38,562 nucleotides of DNA from assembly GCA_041624875.1 (NCBI GenBank), contig JBFJUC010000001.1, positions 1-38,562 on the forward strand, written 5' to 3'. The notes under the pieces are model-generated. The model saw only the letters and a list, made by a program, of their open reading frames with translations, was not told the DNA's origin and searched no databases. Source of the DNA: Alcanivorax sp. (GTDB lineage Bacteria > Pseudomonadota > Gammaproteobacteria > Pseudomonadales > Alcanivoracaceae). The stretch's first letter is position 1, and each line of letters begins with the position of its first letter. Of the stretch, positions 8,836 to 18,306 are shown in pieces. The position numbers were made by a program, and so were the translations under genes.

Positions 8836-9012
8836 AAGCCTGTCCTCGCGCAAAAAAGGGCACTCCGGAGAGCGCCGCGACAGTCGGGAACCTCGGGGCG
8901 GGTTCCATAAATAGGTCAATTATCCGGATATGACCGGGCCGGCGCAAAGCCGGAATGGTATTTCGCTGCCTTGCCCGGCCCTTGACGGTCGCCGGAGCAG
9001 CCCCGCCGGGCG

Positions 9013-12000
9013 CTAACAAGCCTCCCATTGGCGGTTAAGACGCTTGACGGAAACCGGCACCCGGGTGCCCAGAGGCTGGGCGAACAAACTGACCCGGTAT
9101 TCCTCCATCATCCAGCGATACAGGCGCAGCGCCTCGGGCTGCCGCCAGGGCGGTGTGTCCTTGGCGCGGCGGTGATAGCGTTCGCGGAATTCCTCCAGTT
9201 CGCCAACCACCGCCCGGTCACGGCCGACCTGCCCGCCCAATTTCTCAAGACGCTGCTCCACCGCCGCCAGATAGCGAGGGTATTGGTCCAGCCACTCCTT
9301 GGGCACGGTGAGCAGGAACTCATCGCTGAATAAATCGCCGAGCTGTTGCTTCAGGTCGCGGTGCGCGTGCGCCCAGGCGAGCGGAAAATTTTTCTCCAGG
9401 CGCTGCATGGCACGACGATAGGCGGCGAACATCTCGCCCCAGGTTCGCAACGCCTGTTCCACCGCCGGCACAAACTCGCCACGGCCATCATCGAGGCGGG
9501 CGCGGAACGCGACCTCATCGCGCACCGGCTGATCGTGCAAACGGAAATGGGACACCGTCGCACGCAGCAAAGCCTGGTCCAGGGCGCCGCGTGCCATAGC
9601 CGACTTCTCCGCTTTCAGCTTCTGAAAGCCGGGTTGCTGCCCGGCGAAACGCTTCAGCCCACGCACCTGCTCGCTCAACGCCAGCAGCAGCAACCGGGCG
9701 CAGCCAACGCCGTGCCACCAGTGCGCGTCGTCCGCGTCGGCGCAATACTCAAGCACCACATCGTCACCGCCGTCCCGCAACGCCGGGTAGCGGCGAAACA
9801 CCACCCCGCCCTGCTCGCTCTCCTGCAATTCCGGTAAGGTCCCGAAGACCCAGGTACGTCCGCGTACCACCTCCTCCTCCGACGGCGTCGCCTCGCGCTC
9901 ACCGGCCAGGGCCTGGAAGCGCTGTTGCAAGTGCGCCAGGTCACGGTCCTCGGCGAGCACCTTGCCCTGCCCGTCCGTGACCCGCACGTTCATCCTCAGG
10001 TGCCCGGGCAGTTGGTCCTCACGCCATTCTTCCTGCTCCACGCGCACGCCGGTGATACGCTGCAATTCGCGGGTCATGGCCGGCAGCAGAGGTTGATCCG
10101 GGCGCAGCGATTCCTGCAACGCTGCCACGTAGTCGGGCACCGGCACGAAATGCCGGCGGCGGGCCTTGGGAAGGCCACGAATCAAGGCCTCCAGTTTTTC
10201 GCGCAACAGGCCCGGAACCAGCCAGGCGAGCCGTTCCACGTGCAATTGCTGCAGCGCGCCGGCGGGCACGATCACGGTAACGCCGTCGCGGTCGCCGGTA
10301 GGGTCGAAGCTGTATTCCAACGGCAGCCGCATGCCGTCCCATTCCAGTTGATCGGGGAAGGCGCCGCCCTGCAGATCCGGGCTGTGGGACAACAGGAAGT
10401 CATCGTCCATGAACAGCGCTTCACGCTGCATCGCGTCGGCCTGCTTTTTGTACCAGGTTTCCAGGTGCGCCAAGGTGTAAAGCCCGGCCGGCAAACGCTG
10501 GTCATAGAACACAAAGCGGGTTTCCTCGTCCACCAGAATGTCGCGCCGGCGCAGCTTGTGCTCCATCTCTTCAAGGCGCTGCAGCCGCTCCCGGTTGGCG
10601 GCGACGAAGGCCGGTTCGCGGGTTAGCTCGCCGGCCACCAGCCCCTCACGGATCATCAGCTCGCGGGCCAGCTCCGGCTCCAGCGGGCCGTAGTGCATGC
10701 GACGCCCGGAGGCGAGAATCAGCCCGAATAAATTGATCTGTTCCTTGGCCATCACACAGCCGCGTTTCTTCGACCAGTGCGGCTCGAAATACTGGCGCTT
10801 GATCAGGTGCACGGCTTCCGCTTCCACCCATTGCGGTTCAATACGCGCCACGCAGCGCGCGAACAAGCGGCTGGTTTCCACCTGCTCGGCGGCCACCAGC
10901 CAACGCAACTTCACTTTCTTGTCGCTCCGTTTGCTTAACGACGAGCCGGGCCAGAGCAGCGGCTTTCGGTTGCGGGTGGACAACCACTCACCGTCCTCGT
11001 TGCGGGTCATCACGTTACCCACCAACCCGGTCAGCAACGCCCGGTGCAGGCTTTCATAGTCGGCCGGCTCGTCATTCAGGGACCAGCCTTCCTCGCGGGC
11101 GAGCAGCAATAATTGCCGATGGGTATCGCGCCATTCGCGCATCCGAGACGGCGCCAGGAAATGCTTCTTGAGCTGCTTTTCATAGGGGTTGCGGCCCAGG
11201 TCGCCGCGTTGCTGCTCGGCCCACTGCCAGAGGTTCCAGAAAAACAGAAAATCCGATTCCTTGTTCTCAAACGGCTGATGGGCCTGGTCGGCCTGTTGCT
11301 GTTTGTCGCGGGGCCGTTCGCGCGGGTCCTGCACCGCCAGGGCGGCGACAATCACCAGCACTTCGCGCAGCACTTTTTTCTCGGCGCCGGCCACCACCAT
11401 GCGAGCCAGGGTCGGGTCCAACGGGAAACGCGCCAGTTGGCGGCCCAGGGGCGTTACCCGGCGCTGTTTGTCCAGCGCGCCAAGCTCTTCCAGCAGACGG
11501 TAGCCGTCGCGTATCAGACGGCCGTCCGGCGGTTCAATAAAGGGAAAGTCCTCCACCGAACCCAACTTCAGGTCGGCCATGCGCAGGATCACGGCCCCCA
11601 GATTGGTGCGCTGAATTTCCGGGTCGGTGAACGCCGGCCGATTATTGAAATCGTCCTCGTCGTAGAGCCGGTAGGCAACGCCGGGCATGATGCGGCCGCT
11701 GCGCCCGGCGCGCTGGTCGGCGCTGGCGCGAGCGATGGGCTCCACCGGCAATCGCTGAACCTTGGAATGCACGCTATAGCGGCTGATGCGGGCGGTACCG
11801 GCGTCGATGACATAGCGAATGCCCGGCACCGTCAGCGACGTCTCCGCCACATTGGTGCTCAGCACCACGCGCCGCCCACGGTGGCCGGAGAACACCCGCT
11901 GCTGCTCCGCCGCGCTGAGGCGGGCGTACAGCGGCAGCAACTCGGTATCGCGGAAATCGCAGCGTTTCAGATGATGGTGCACATCGCGGATGTCACGTTC

Positions 12001-12882
12001 ACCACTGAGAAATACCAGCACGTCACGGGCGGGCGGCGGCCCGTCGCGGCGTTCCTGCTGTTCAATCTCGCGCAGCACTTCCTCAACCTGCAGGCCCAGC
12101 TCGCGTTCTTCCGCCGGTGGCCGGTAGTGGATGTCCACCGGGAAGGTGCGCCCGGACACCTCGAATACCGGCGCGCCATTGAAATGCGCGGCGAAGCGCT
12201 CGTGGTCGATGGTCGCCGAAGTAATGATGATTTTCAGGTCCGGACGGCGTGGCAGAAGCTGCTTCAGATAGCCGAGCAGAAAATCGATGTTCAGGCTGCG
12301 CTCGTGCGCCTCGTCGATGATCAGCGTGTCGTACTGATGGAGGTAGCGGTCCTGCTGGATTTCACTGAGCAGCATGCCATCGGTCATCAGCTTGACCAGG
12401 GTGTCGTCACCGACCTGTTCACTGAACCGGACCTTATAACCCACCAGGCCACCGACCCGGCTGTTCAGTTCCTCGGCGATGCGCGCCGTCACCGAGCGGG
12501 CCGCCAGACGGCGGGGCTGGGTATGGCCGATATAGCCGTCCACGCCGCGCCCCAGCGACAAACAAATCTTGGGCAGCTGGGTGGTCTTGCCTGAACCGGT
12601 TTCACCGGCTACCACCACCACCTGGTGGTGCTCAATCGCGACGGCCAATTCTTCGCGGTCGTGTACCACCGGCAGATCCGGCCAGCGCAGCGGTGCCGAC
12701 GCCAGCTCGACGCGCCGGGCGCGGGCCGCCGCCGAGGCATCGATGGCGGCGCTCACCTTGGGCAGGGCATTGGCGTTGAATTTGCGCGCCAGCCCGTCGA
12801 GCCGCTTCTTCAGACGCCGGCGATCCGCGGCACGGACCTGACCAAGCCGCCGATACAGTTCATCCAGTTGAGGGTTTGTCAT
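9013..12882 (-). CDS. hrpA: ATP-dependent RNA helicase HrpA
   Basis: GETGSGKTTQLPK, TQPRRLAA, DEAH box, SAT, STNVAETSLTV, QRAGRSGR; C-terminal RWMMEEYRVSLFAQ (DUF3418-like); 1289 aa. Confidence 0.95.
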   Translation of the reverse strand: MTNPQLDELYRRLGQVRAADRRRLKKRLDGLARKFNANALPKVSAAIDASAAARARRVELASAPLRWPDLPVVHDREELAVAIEHHQVVVVAGETGSGKTTQLPKICLSLGRGVDGYIGHTQPRRLAARSVTARIAEELNSRVGGLVGYKVRFSEQVGDDTLVKLMTDGMLLSEIQQDRYLHQYDTLIIDEAHERSLNIDFLLGYLKQLLPRRPDLKIIITSATIDHERFAAHFNGAPVFEVSGRTFPVDIHYRPPAEERELGLQVEEVLREIEQQERRDGPPPARDVLVFLSGERDIRDVHHHLKRCDFRDTELLPLYARLSAAEQQRVFSGHRGRRVVLSTNVAETSLTVPGIRYVIDAGTARISRYSVHSKVQRLPVEPIARASADQRAGRSGRIMPGVAYRLYDEDDFNNRPAFTDPEIQRTNLGAVILRMADLKLGSVEDFPFIEPPDGRLIRDGYRLLEELGALDKQRRVTPLGRQLARFPLDPTLARMVVAGAEKKVLREVLVIVAALAVQDPRERPRDKQQQADQAHQPFENKESDFLFFWNLWQWAEQQRGDLGRNPYEKQLKKHFLAPSRMREWRDTHRQLLLLAREEGWSLNDEPADYESLHRALLTGLVGNVMTRNEDGEWLSTRNRKPLLWPGSSLSKRSDKKVKLRWLVAAEQVETSRLFARCVARIEPQWVEAEAVHLIKRQYFEPHWSKKRGCVMAKEQINLFGLILASGRRMHYGPLEPELARELMIREGLVAGELTREPAFVAANRERLQRLEEMEHKLRRRDILVDEETRFVFYDQRLPAGLYTLAHLETWYKKQADAMQREALFMDDDFLLSHSPDLQGGAFPDQLEWDGMRLPLEYSFDPTGDRDGVTVIVPAGALQQLHVERLAWLVPGLLREKLEALIRGLPKARRRHFVPVPDYVAALQESLRPDQPLLPAMTRELQRITGVRVEQEEWREDQLPGHLRMNVRVTDGQGKVLAEDRDLAHLQQRFQALAGEREATPSEEEVVRGRTWVFGTLPELQESEQGGVVFRRYPALRDGGDDVVLEYCADADDAHWWHGVGCARLLLLALSEQVRGLKRFAGQQPGFQKLKAEKSAMARGALDQALLRATVSHFRLHDQPVRDEVAFRARLDDGRGEFVPAVEQALRTWGEMFAAYRRAMQRLEKNFPLAWAHAHRDLKQQLGDLFSDEFLLTVPKEWLDQYPRYLAAVEQRLEKLGGQVGRDRAVVGELEEFRERYHRRAKDTPPWRQPEALRLYRWMMEEYRVSLFAQPLGTRVPVSVKRLNRQWEAC

Positions 12883-14681
12883 ACCTGACTGTCAGTACCC
12901 AACAACCACGCCCGACCTTTAGCGCTCAAGCCATCCCCGTCCAGCGTCAGATACGCCGTATCCGCCTCCGTCGCCGCCAGTGTTACGGTGAAGCGCATCA
13001 GCTCGTCGCGGCGGAAGGCGTGCACGTCAACACGCTCGCCTTCCTGGTAGCCGGCCAACAGCGTATCCAGATTGCCGGCGCTGGCTTTCAGGCCGTCCAC
13101 CGCCACCACCACGTCACCGGCGGCCAGGCCGGCCTCCATGGCGGCACCCTGCTCGTACGCCACCTGAAGCCGGGCGCCCTGGGAATCCGAAGCGAAACGC
13201 GCACCCAGATGCACCGGCGCCTGGCTTCTACCGGGCTTGCCGCCGTTGTCGCTGTGGCCGTCCGCCGGGCGCCAGTTGACCGTCACGCCACGTTCGGCGA
13301 GCAGCGCCTCCAGCGGCAGGTCCTCGGTGCGGTACAGAGCCTGATTGAAGAACTCGCTCAGATCACAGCCGGCAACCTCCTCGGCCAGGGCCTGTACGCC
13401 CTGCTCCGGCACACCCACGCCGGTCTGGCCGTGGCGCTGCCAGAGCAAACGCATCAGATCGTCCAGGCTGCGTGCGTCATCGGTGCGCTGGCGCAGGGTC
13501 AGATCCAGCGCCAGCGCCACCAGGGCGCCCTTGGCGTAGTAGCTGACGATAGCATTGGGCGCATTCTCATCCTGCTTATAGAACCGCGTCCAGGCATCGA
13601 AACTGGACTCGGTGACGGTCTGCTTGAAGCGGCCCCGGCCCCGGTAAACCCGGGTCAGGGTCTGGGCCAGCAGTTCCAGGTAGCTTTGCGGCGGGATCAG
13701 CCCGGTGCGCGCCAGGGACAGGTCGTCGTAATAGCTGGTGATGCCCTCGAAGGCCCACAGCAATTCGGTGTGCACTTCCTGGCTCAGATCGAAGGGCGTG
13801 AACGCCTCCGGCTTGATGCGCTTAACGTTCCAGGTGTGGAAGTATTCGTGGCTGCACAGTCCCAAATAACTGCGATAGCCGTCGCGCACCTGGTCGGGGC
13901 CATCGGTGAGCAACGGCAGGTCGGTGCGCGGGCTCATTAAACTGGTGGAATTACGGTGCTCAAGGCCGCCGTAACCGTCGGTGACCAGGGTCATGAACAA
14001 ATAGCGGTCCATCGGCGCCGGCTCACCGAACAGCTTGATGTGGTGCTCGCAGATCGGTTTCAGGTCCCGGCATAGCCGCGCCATGTCGGCGCGGTGACGG
14101 CCGCTGAGAACCACGTCGTGGGGCACGCCACACGCTTCGAAGCGGGCATGTTCGAAATGGCCCATTTCCACCGGATGATCAATCAGGGCGTCGTAATTGT
14201 CGGCGCGAAAGCGGCCGAAACCCAGTTCCGGGCCGCCCACCCGGTCGAGCCCCGTGGCCAGCCTCCAGGTGGCATAGGCGGCGCCGTCCGGAGCCTCGAT
14301 ATCCACCTCGCAGGGCTGGTCCTCGAAGCCCATGGCCGCCAGAAACAGACAGCTGCCGTTAAAATAGCCGTGGGTGGTGTCCAGGTGGGCGCCGCGCACC
14401 GACAAGTCCCAGGCGTACACCTGATAGCGCACAGTGACCGGCCCGGCGGTCGGTGCCAGTTGCCAGGTCTGCTTATCCAGCTTGGCCACGTCCAGCGGTT
14501 CGCCCTCCGCCGACGCTTCCAGCGATACAATATGGCGGGCGAAATCACGGATCATGTAGCTGCCGGGAATCCAGGCGGGCAAGGTCAGCGCCTGCCCTTC
14601 CGGCGTCGGCCGGTCGATGGTGAGAGTGACCTGGAACAGATGCGCCTGCGGGCGCAACGGACGGACCTGATAATGAATCAC
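12879..14681 (-). CDS. M61 family (glycyl aminopeptidase-like) metallopeptidase with C-terminal PDZ domain
   Basis: LPAWIPGSY, GGLEHRNS, HEYFHTWNVKRIKP (HExxH), LWAFEGITSYY, SYYAKG; PDZ-like AGLAAGDVVVAVDG; GTG start at 14681 after GGAGAG. Confidence 0.9.
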   Translation of the reverse strand: MIHYQVRPLRPQAHLFQVTLTIDRPTPEGQALTLPAWIPGSYMIRDFARHIVSLEASAEGEPLDVAKLDKQTWQLAPTAGPVTVRYQVYAWDLSVRGAHLDTTHGYFNGSCLFLAAMGFEDQPCEVDIEAPDGAAYATWRLATGLDRVGGPELGFGRFRADNYDALIDHPVEMGHFEHARFEACGVPHDVVLSGRHRADMARLCRDLKPICEHHIKLFGEPAPMDRYLFMTLVTDGYGGLEHRNSTSLMSPRTDLPLLTDGPDQVRDGYRSYLGLCSHEYFHTWNVKRIKPEAFTPFDLSQEVHTELLWAFEGITSYYDDLSLARTGLIPPQSYLELLAQTLTRVYRGRGRFKQTVTESSFDAWTRFYKQDENAPNAIVSYYAKGALVALALDLTLRQRTDDARSLDDLMRLLWQRHGQTGVGVPEQGVQALAEEVAGCDLSEFFNQALYRTEDLPLEALLAERGVTVNWRPADGHSDNGGKPGRSQAPVHLGARFASDSQGARLQVAYEQGAAMEAGLAAGDVVVAVDGLKASAGNLDTLLAGYQEGERVDVHAFRRDELMRFTVTLAATEADTAYLTLDGDGLSAKGRAWLLGTDSQV

Positions 14682-14787
14682 ACGCTCTCCTGTGGGCCTG
14701 AATACGCGACCACTGATGATACACGGCGATCTTGACGCTCGCACACGCATGACGCATGTTCATGACCTGTTTGAGGGGACCGCATTA

Positions 14788-15702
14788 ATGACTTCGGAAT
14801 GTTTTGTTATCGGCGCCAGCGACGGCCACACCATCGCCGTGCATGAGTGGCGCGCCTCCGACCCGGTGGGGTCGCTGATCTGGCTGCACGGTATGGCCGA
14901 ACACGGGGCCCGCTACCAGGCCCTGGGAGAAACCCTGGCCGAGCACGGCTGGAACCTGTACTGCCCGGATCATCGCGGCCATGGCGCCAGCATGGACGCC
15001 GCCGACCCACCCGGCCACTTCGGCGACGAGGGCGGCTGGGGCCTGGTGATGGATGATCTGGGCCGAGTGATTGAGAGTATCCGCGAGCGGGAGCCCGGCG
15101 CGCTGGTGCTGGGCGGCCACAGCATGGGCTCCTTCATCGCCCTGGCGGGCGCCGAAGCCCACGGCGACCGGCTCGACGGCCTGGTGCTGTGCGGCAGCGA
15201 TTACCACCCGCCGCTGTATTACCGGCTGATGGCCTCGCTGTTGAAATGGCAGCGCCGGCGGCACGGCGCACGCGGCCAGAGCCCGCTGGTGCACAAGCTC
15301 ACCTTTGAAGCCTGGGCGCGCAGCGTTCCCGATGCCAACACCGACTTCGACTGGCTGAGCGCCGACCCGGCCCAGGTGCAAGCCTATATCGACGACCCCA
15401 AATGCGGCTTTCAATGCACCACCGCCACCTGGCTGGCACTGCTTTCGGGCCTGGCCGGCGTGCAATCCGCCAAGGGGCTGAGCGGCCTGCCGGCACGTCT
15501 GCCGATCCTGCTGCTGGGCGGGCGCCAGGACCCGATGAGCGGCGGCGGCAAGGGCATGGACCGGCTGCAGCGGGCGCTGGCCCGCCGACGGCTTCCCCTG
15601 CAACGGATGGATTGCCCCGGTGGACGCCACGAAATTCTCAACGACTTCTGCGCACCAGAGGTCCGTCAGACGCTATTGGAATGGCTCAACCGCCGGATCT
15701 GA
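14788..15702 (+). CDS. alpha/beta hydrolase (lysophospholipase/monoacylglycerol lipase-like)
   Basis: HGMAEH, DHRGHG, GHSMG nucleophile elbow, GGRQDP acid, RHEILN His; ATG 14788 after GAGGGG. Confidence 0.88.
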   Translation: MTSECFVIGASDGHTIAVHEWRASDPVGSLIWLHGMAEHGARYQALGETLAEHGWNLYCPDHRGHGASMDAADPPGHFGDEGGWGLVMDDLGRVIESIREREPGALVLGGHSMGSFIALAGAEAHGDRLDGLVLCGSDYHPPLYYRLMASLLKWQRRRHGARGQSPLVHKLTFEAWARSVPDANTDFDWLSADPAQVQAYIDDPKCGFQCTTATWLALLSGLAGVQSAKGLSGLPARLPILLLGGRQDPMSGGGKGMDRLQRALARRRLPLQRMDCPGGRHEILNDFCAPEVRQTLLEWLNRRI

Positions 15703-15713
15703 CCGGCGGCAGC

Positions 15714-17807
15714 TCAAGGCTCGGCGGAGATATTGTTCTCTTCGGTGAACTGCACATACCCCAGATAGCGGTTGCGGATCTCACGCACGTATTTTACCGG
15801 CTCGCTGCCACGTACATAGCCGAAACGCGCCTGGCGGGCGTAACGGGGTTGTGACAGCAGCAGCATGGCCTCTTCCACGTGGCCGAACCAGAGATCCGGA
15901 TTCTTGCCGAGCCCTTGGGCCAGCCGGCGGGCGTCTTCCACGTGGCCGTGGCCGGCGTTGTAAGCCGCCAGGCCGAAGTAGATTTTCTGCGCCATCCCCA
16001 GACGCTGCGGAAAACGTTCCTCCAGCCACTCCAGATAGGCCGACCCGGCGGCCACGCCCTGCTCCGGGTCGTGGGGGTTATCGAAGCCGAACTGACGGGC
16101 GGTGCGTGGCATCACTTGCATCAGGCCCTGGGCGCCGGCGAACGACACCGCATCCGGATTGAACTTGCTCTCCTGGTACATCTGAGACACCAGCAAACGC
16201 CAGTCGAACCCGTATTGCAGCGCGTACTTCTTCGCCAGATCGTCGTAGGGGGAAATCTCCTTACCCGCTTCCACCCGGTATGCCTCATGAATACGGATGG
16301 TTTTCGATTCCTTGAAATAGCGGTTGAAGGTGACGTTGTAGAACAGGCCCCGATAATTGCGGTTGATGTAGGCGTTGAGCTTGTTGGTTAACGCGTCCTG
16401 CCCGTCGCGCAGCACCCAAGCGATGTCCCGGCTGCCCTCCAGGGTCCAGAGAGGCCGCAGGTCTTCCCGGTAGGTGCTCTCCAGGGCGGCCACATGGCTG
16501 TCCGCCACGGTCAGATCGATCTCGCCGTCCGCCACGCTCTGTATCAGCATCTCCGTAGTGGCCCCTTCGCGCGGCTCGATACGCACGTCGATACCTTGCT
16601 CGCGCAGTGCTTCAAGGGTATCCATAAAAGCGCTGTCCGGCGCCACCACCACGGTGCGCCCGGCCAGCTCCTGAACCGATTCAAAGGGCTCGTCATCGGC
16701 GTCGCCGATAATCTGTTCGTGCACTTCAAGGTAGCGATTGGAAAAACGCCACCCGGCGGCTTTGCGCCGGTCGGTGATGGTCATGGCGCCCGCGATCACA
16801 TCGCCGGCGCCGATCTGCAAGGCGTCGAACATCTGCGAGGCGCTGTCGCGCACCACCATGCGCACGCGCAGGTCGTGCTGTCTGGCGAAGTGGCGGATCA
16901 GATCGTAGTCGAAGCCCATCAGTTCGCCGCGCCACAGGAAGTAGCTGGCCGGGTTGTTGGAGGTGATCACCCGCAACACGCCGTCTTTCTGGATGGTCGC
17001 CCAATCACGCCGTTCTTCGCTGCGCACCGAGGTGCGCACCCGGTGGCTGACCAGGAATTGATTCACCGCGGCGCGCAGTTCCGGGTTATCGCTGCGTACC
17101 GCCCAGGCGATACGTCGGCGCGGATTGACCACCGGCCCCTTGCGTACCTGATCGAAGGCGCGCAGCAAGCTGTCCAGGGCGTTGCTGTCAACGATGGCCG
17201 CTTGATACAGCCCCGAGGCCACGCCCTCGATCAACTCCACATCGGAGAGGCCCGCCTCCACGGCCTCCACGCTAACGCTATCGTACCGCTCCGCCAGCGC
17301 CTCCGCGGTTTCCTGATAGGCGGTGCCCTCCGGCGCCGCGATGCGCAGGTCGCCCAGATCCTCCAAGCTGTCGCCCTGGCGGCCCTCGGGCAACACCAGA
17401 TACTCACGAATCACCGCCACCGGCGTGCAAAAATCCACGTTCTCCCGGCGGGACTCGGTCACCGTGTAATTGGTCACGATCAGGTCGGCGCGGCCCTCGT
17501 TGAGCATGTCATCCAGCGCATCGACACTGTCCGCGTACACCCAGCGCGGGGTCAGCCCAAGGGATTCGGCCAGAATTTCCGCCTGTTCGCGGAACTCCTG
17601 CAGTGGCACGCCTTCCCGGACCAGCGCCTGCTCCTCATCAAAACGCGGCGCCAGCAAACGCAGTTGGCCGCGCTCGCGCAGCGATTCCAGATCACCGGTT
17701 TCGGTGTAATTCGCGCCCCCGGAATCACAGGCCCCGAGCAGGCACGCCAGCGGCAAAAGCAGTAACAACCACCGCGCGTGATCTGGCCAGCGAAGAATGG
17801 ATCTCAT
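15714..17807 (-). CDS. MltF-like lytic transglycosylase lipoprotein with two tandem substrate-binding domains
   Basis: LGAC lipobox; two SBP family-3-like repeats (GDLESLRERGQLRLL; RDWATIQKDGVLRVI); SLT motifs YQES, GAQGLMQ, AAYNAG, EPVKYV. Confidence 0.85.
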   Translation of the reverse strand: MRSILRWPDHARWLLLLLPLACLLGACDSGGANYTETGDLESLRERGQLRLLAPRFDEEQALVREGVPLQEFREQAEILAESLGLTPRWVYADSVDALDDMLNEGRADLIVTNYTVTESRRENVDFCTPVAVIREYLVLPEGRQGDSLEDLGDLRIAAPEGTAYQETAEALAERYDSVSVEAVEAGLSDVELIEGVASGLYQAAIVDSNALDSLLRAFDQVRKGPVVNPRRRIAWAVRSDNPELRAAVNQFLVSHRVRTSVRSEERRDWATIQKDGVLRVITSNNPASYFLWRGELMGFDYDLIRHFARQHDLRVRMVVRDSASQMFDALQIGAGDVIAGAMTITDRRKAAGWRFSNRYLEVHEQIIGDADDEPFESVQELAGRTVVVAPDSAFMDTLEALREQGIDVRIEPREGATTEMLIQSVADGEIDLTVADSHVAALESTYREDLRPLWTLEGSRDIAWVLRDGQDALTNKLNAYINRNYRGLFYNVTFNRYFKESKTIRIHEAYRVEAGKEISPYDDLAKKYALQYGFDWRLLVSQMYQESKFNPDAVSFAGAQGLMQVMPRTARQFGFDNPHDPEQGVAAGSAYLEWLEERFPQRLGMAQKIYFGLAAYNAGHGHVEDARRLAQGLGKNPDLWFGHVEEAMLLLSQPRYARQARFGYVRGSEPVKYVREIRNRYLGYVQFTEENNISAEP

Positions 17808-17958
17808 AGATTTGTTCCCTCCAGCGCCCCCAATCTAACCCAAAAGGCTGACAAACTGCGAACAGAATCACGTGAAGGCGAGGAGAGACCAATAACTAGA
17901 GCCCTGGAGGGCGGCTTAGAACTACCAAACGGTGACGAGCGTCACTGAGCAGCGTCCT

Positions 17959-18189
17959 TTACTTCTCCTTTAAAGCCCAGATACCAAGACACATTAAGAA
18001 TATAGAAATAAAGACCCAGCCCGTAACTGAATACCAAAACAGACCCTGATTATCGACGTAGCAGGCCAGCCCGGAAAAAACCCGGTGGGATGCGAACACC
18101 GGTACGCAACCGTCCACAAGGTGCGTCAATGTCCGAACAACAAGGACAAGACCGACTAAAAAGAGAATAACGGATGGAATTTTCCACAT
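17959..18189 (-). CDS. hypothetical small membrane protein (2 predicted TM helices) in an AT-rich patch
   Basis: 76-aa ORF with two hydrophobic stretches and a basic C-terminal end; weak RBS. Confidence 0.5.
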   Translation of the reverse strand: MWKIPSVILFLVGLVLVVRTLTHLVDGCVPVFASHRVFSGLACYVDNQGLFWYSVTGWVFISIFLMCLGIWALKEK

Positions 18190-18253
18190 ACTTTTAACGG
18201 CCAGGCGTTGTGAATCATAAAATCAGGTGTACCAGAGGGTCTGAGTGGTAGGC

Positions 18254-18280
18254 AAAAAAAGGGGGCGCGAATGCGCCCCC
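18254..18280 (-). terminator. rho-independent terminator of the ompA-TSP3 operon
   Basis: Minus strand GGGGGCGC-ATTC-GCGCCCCC followed by T7. Confidence 0.9.
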
Positions 18281-18306
18281 AGGAGATGCCTTGCATCAAA
18301 GGAGAC

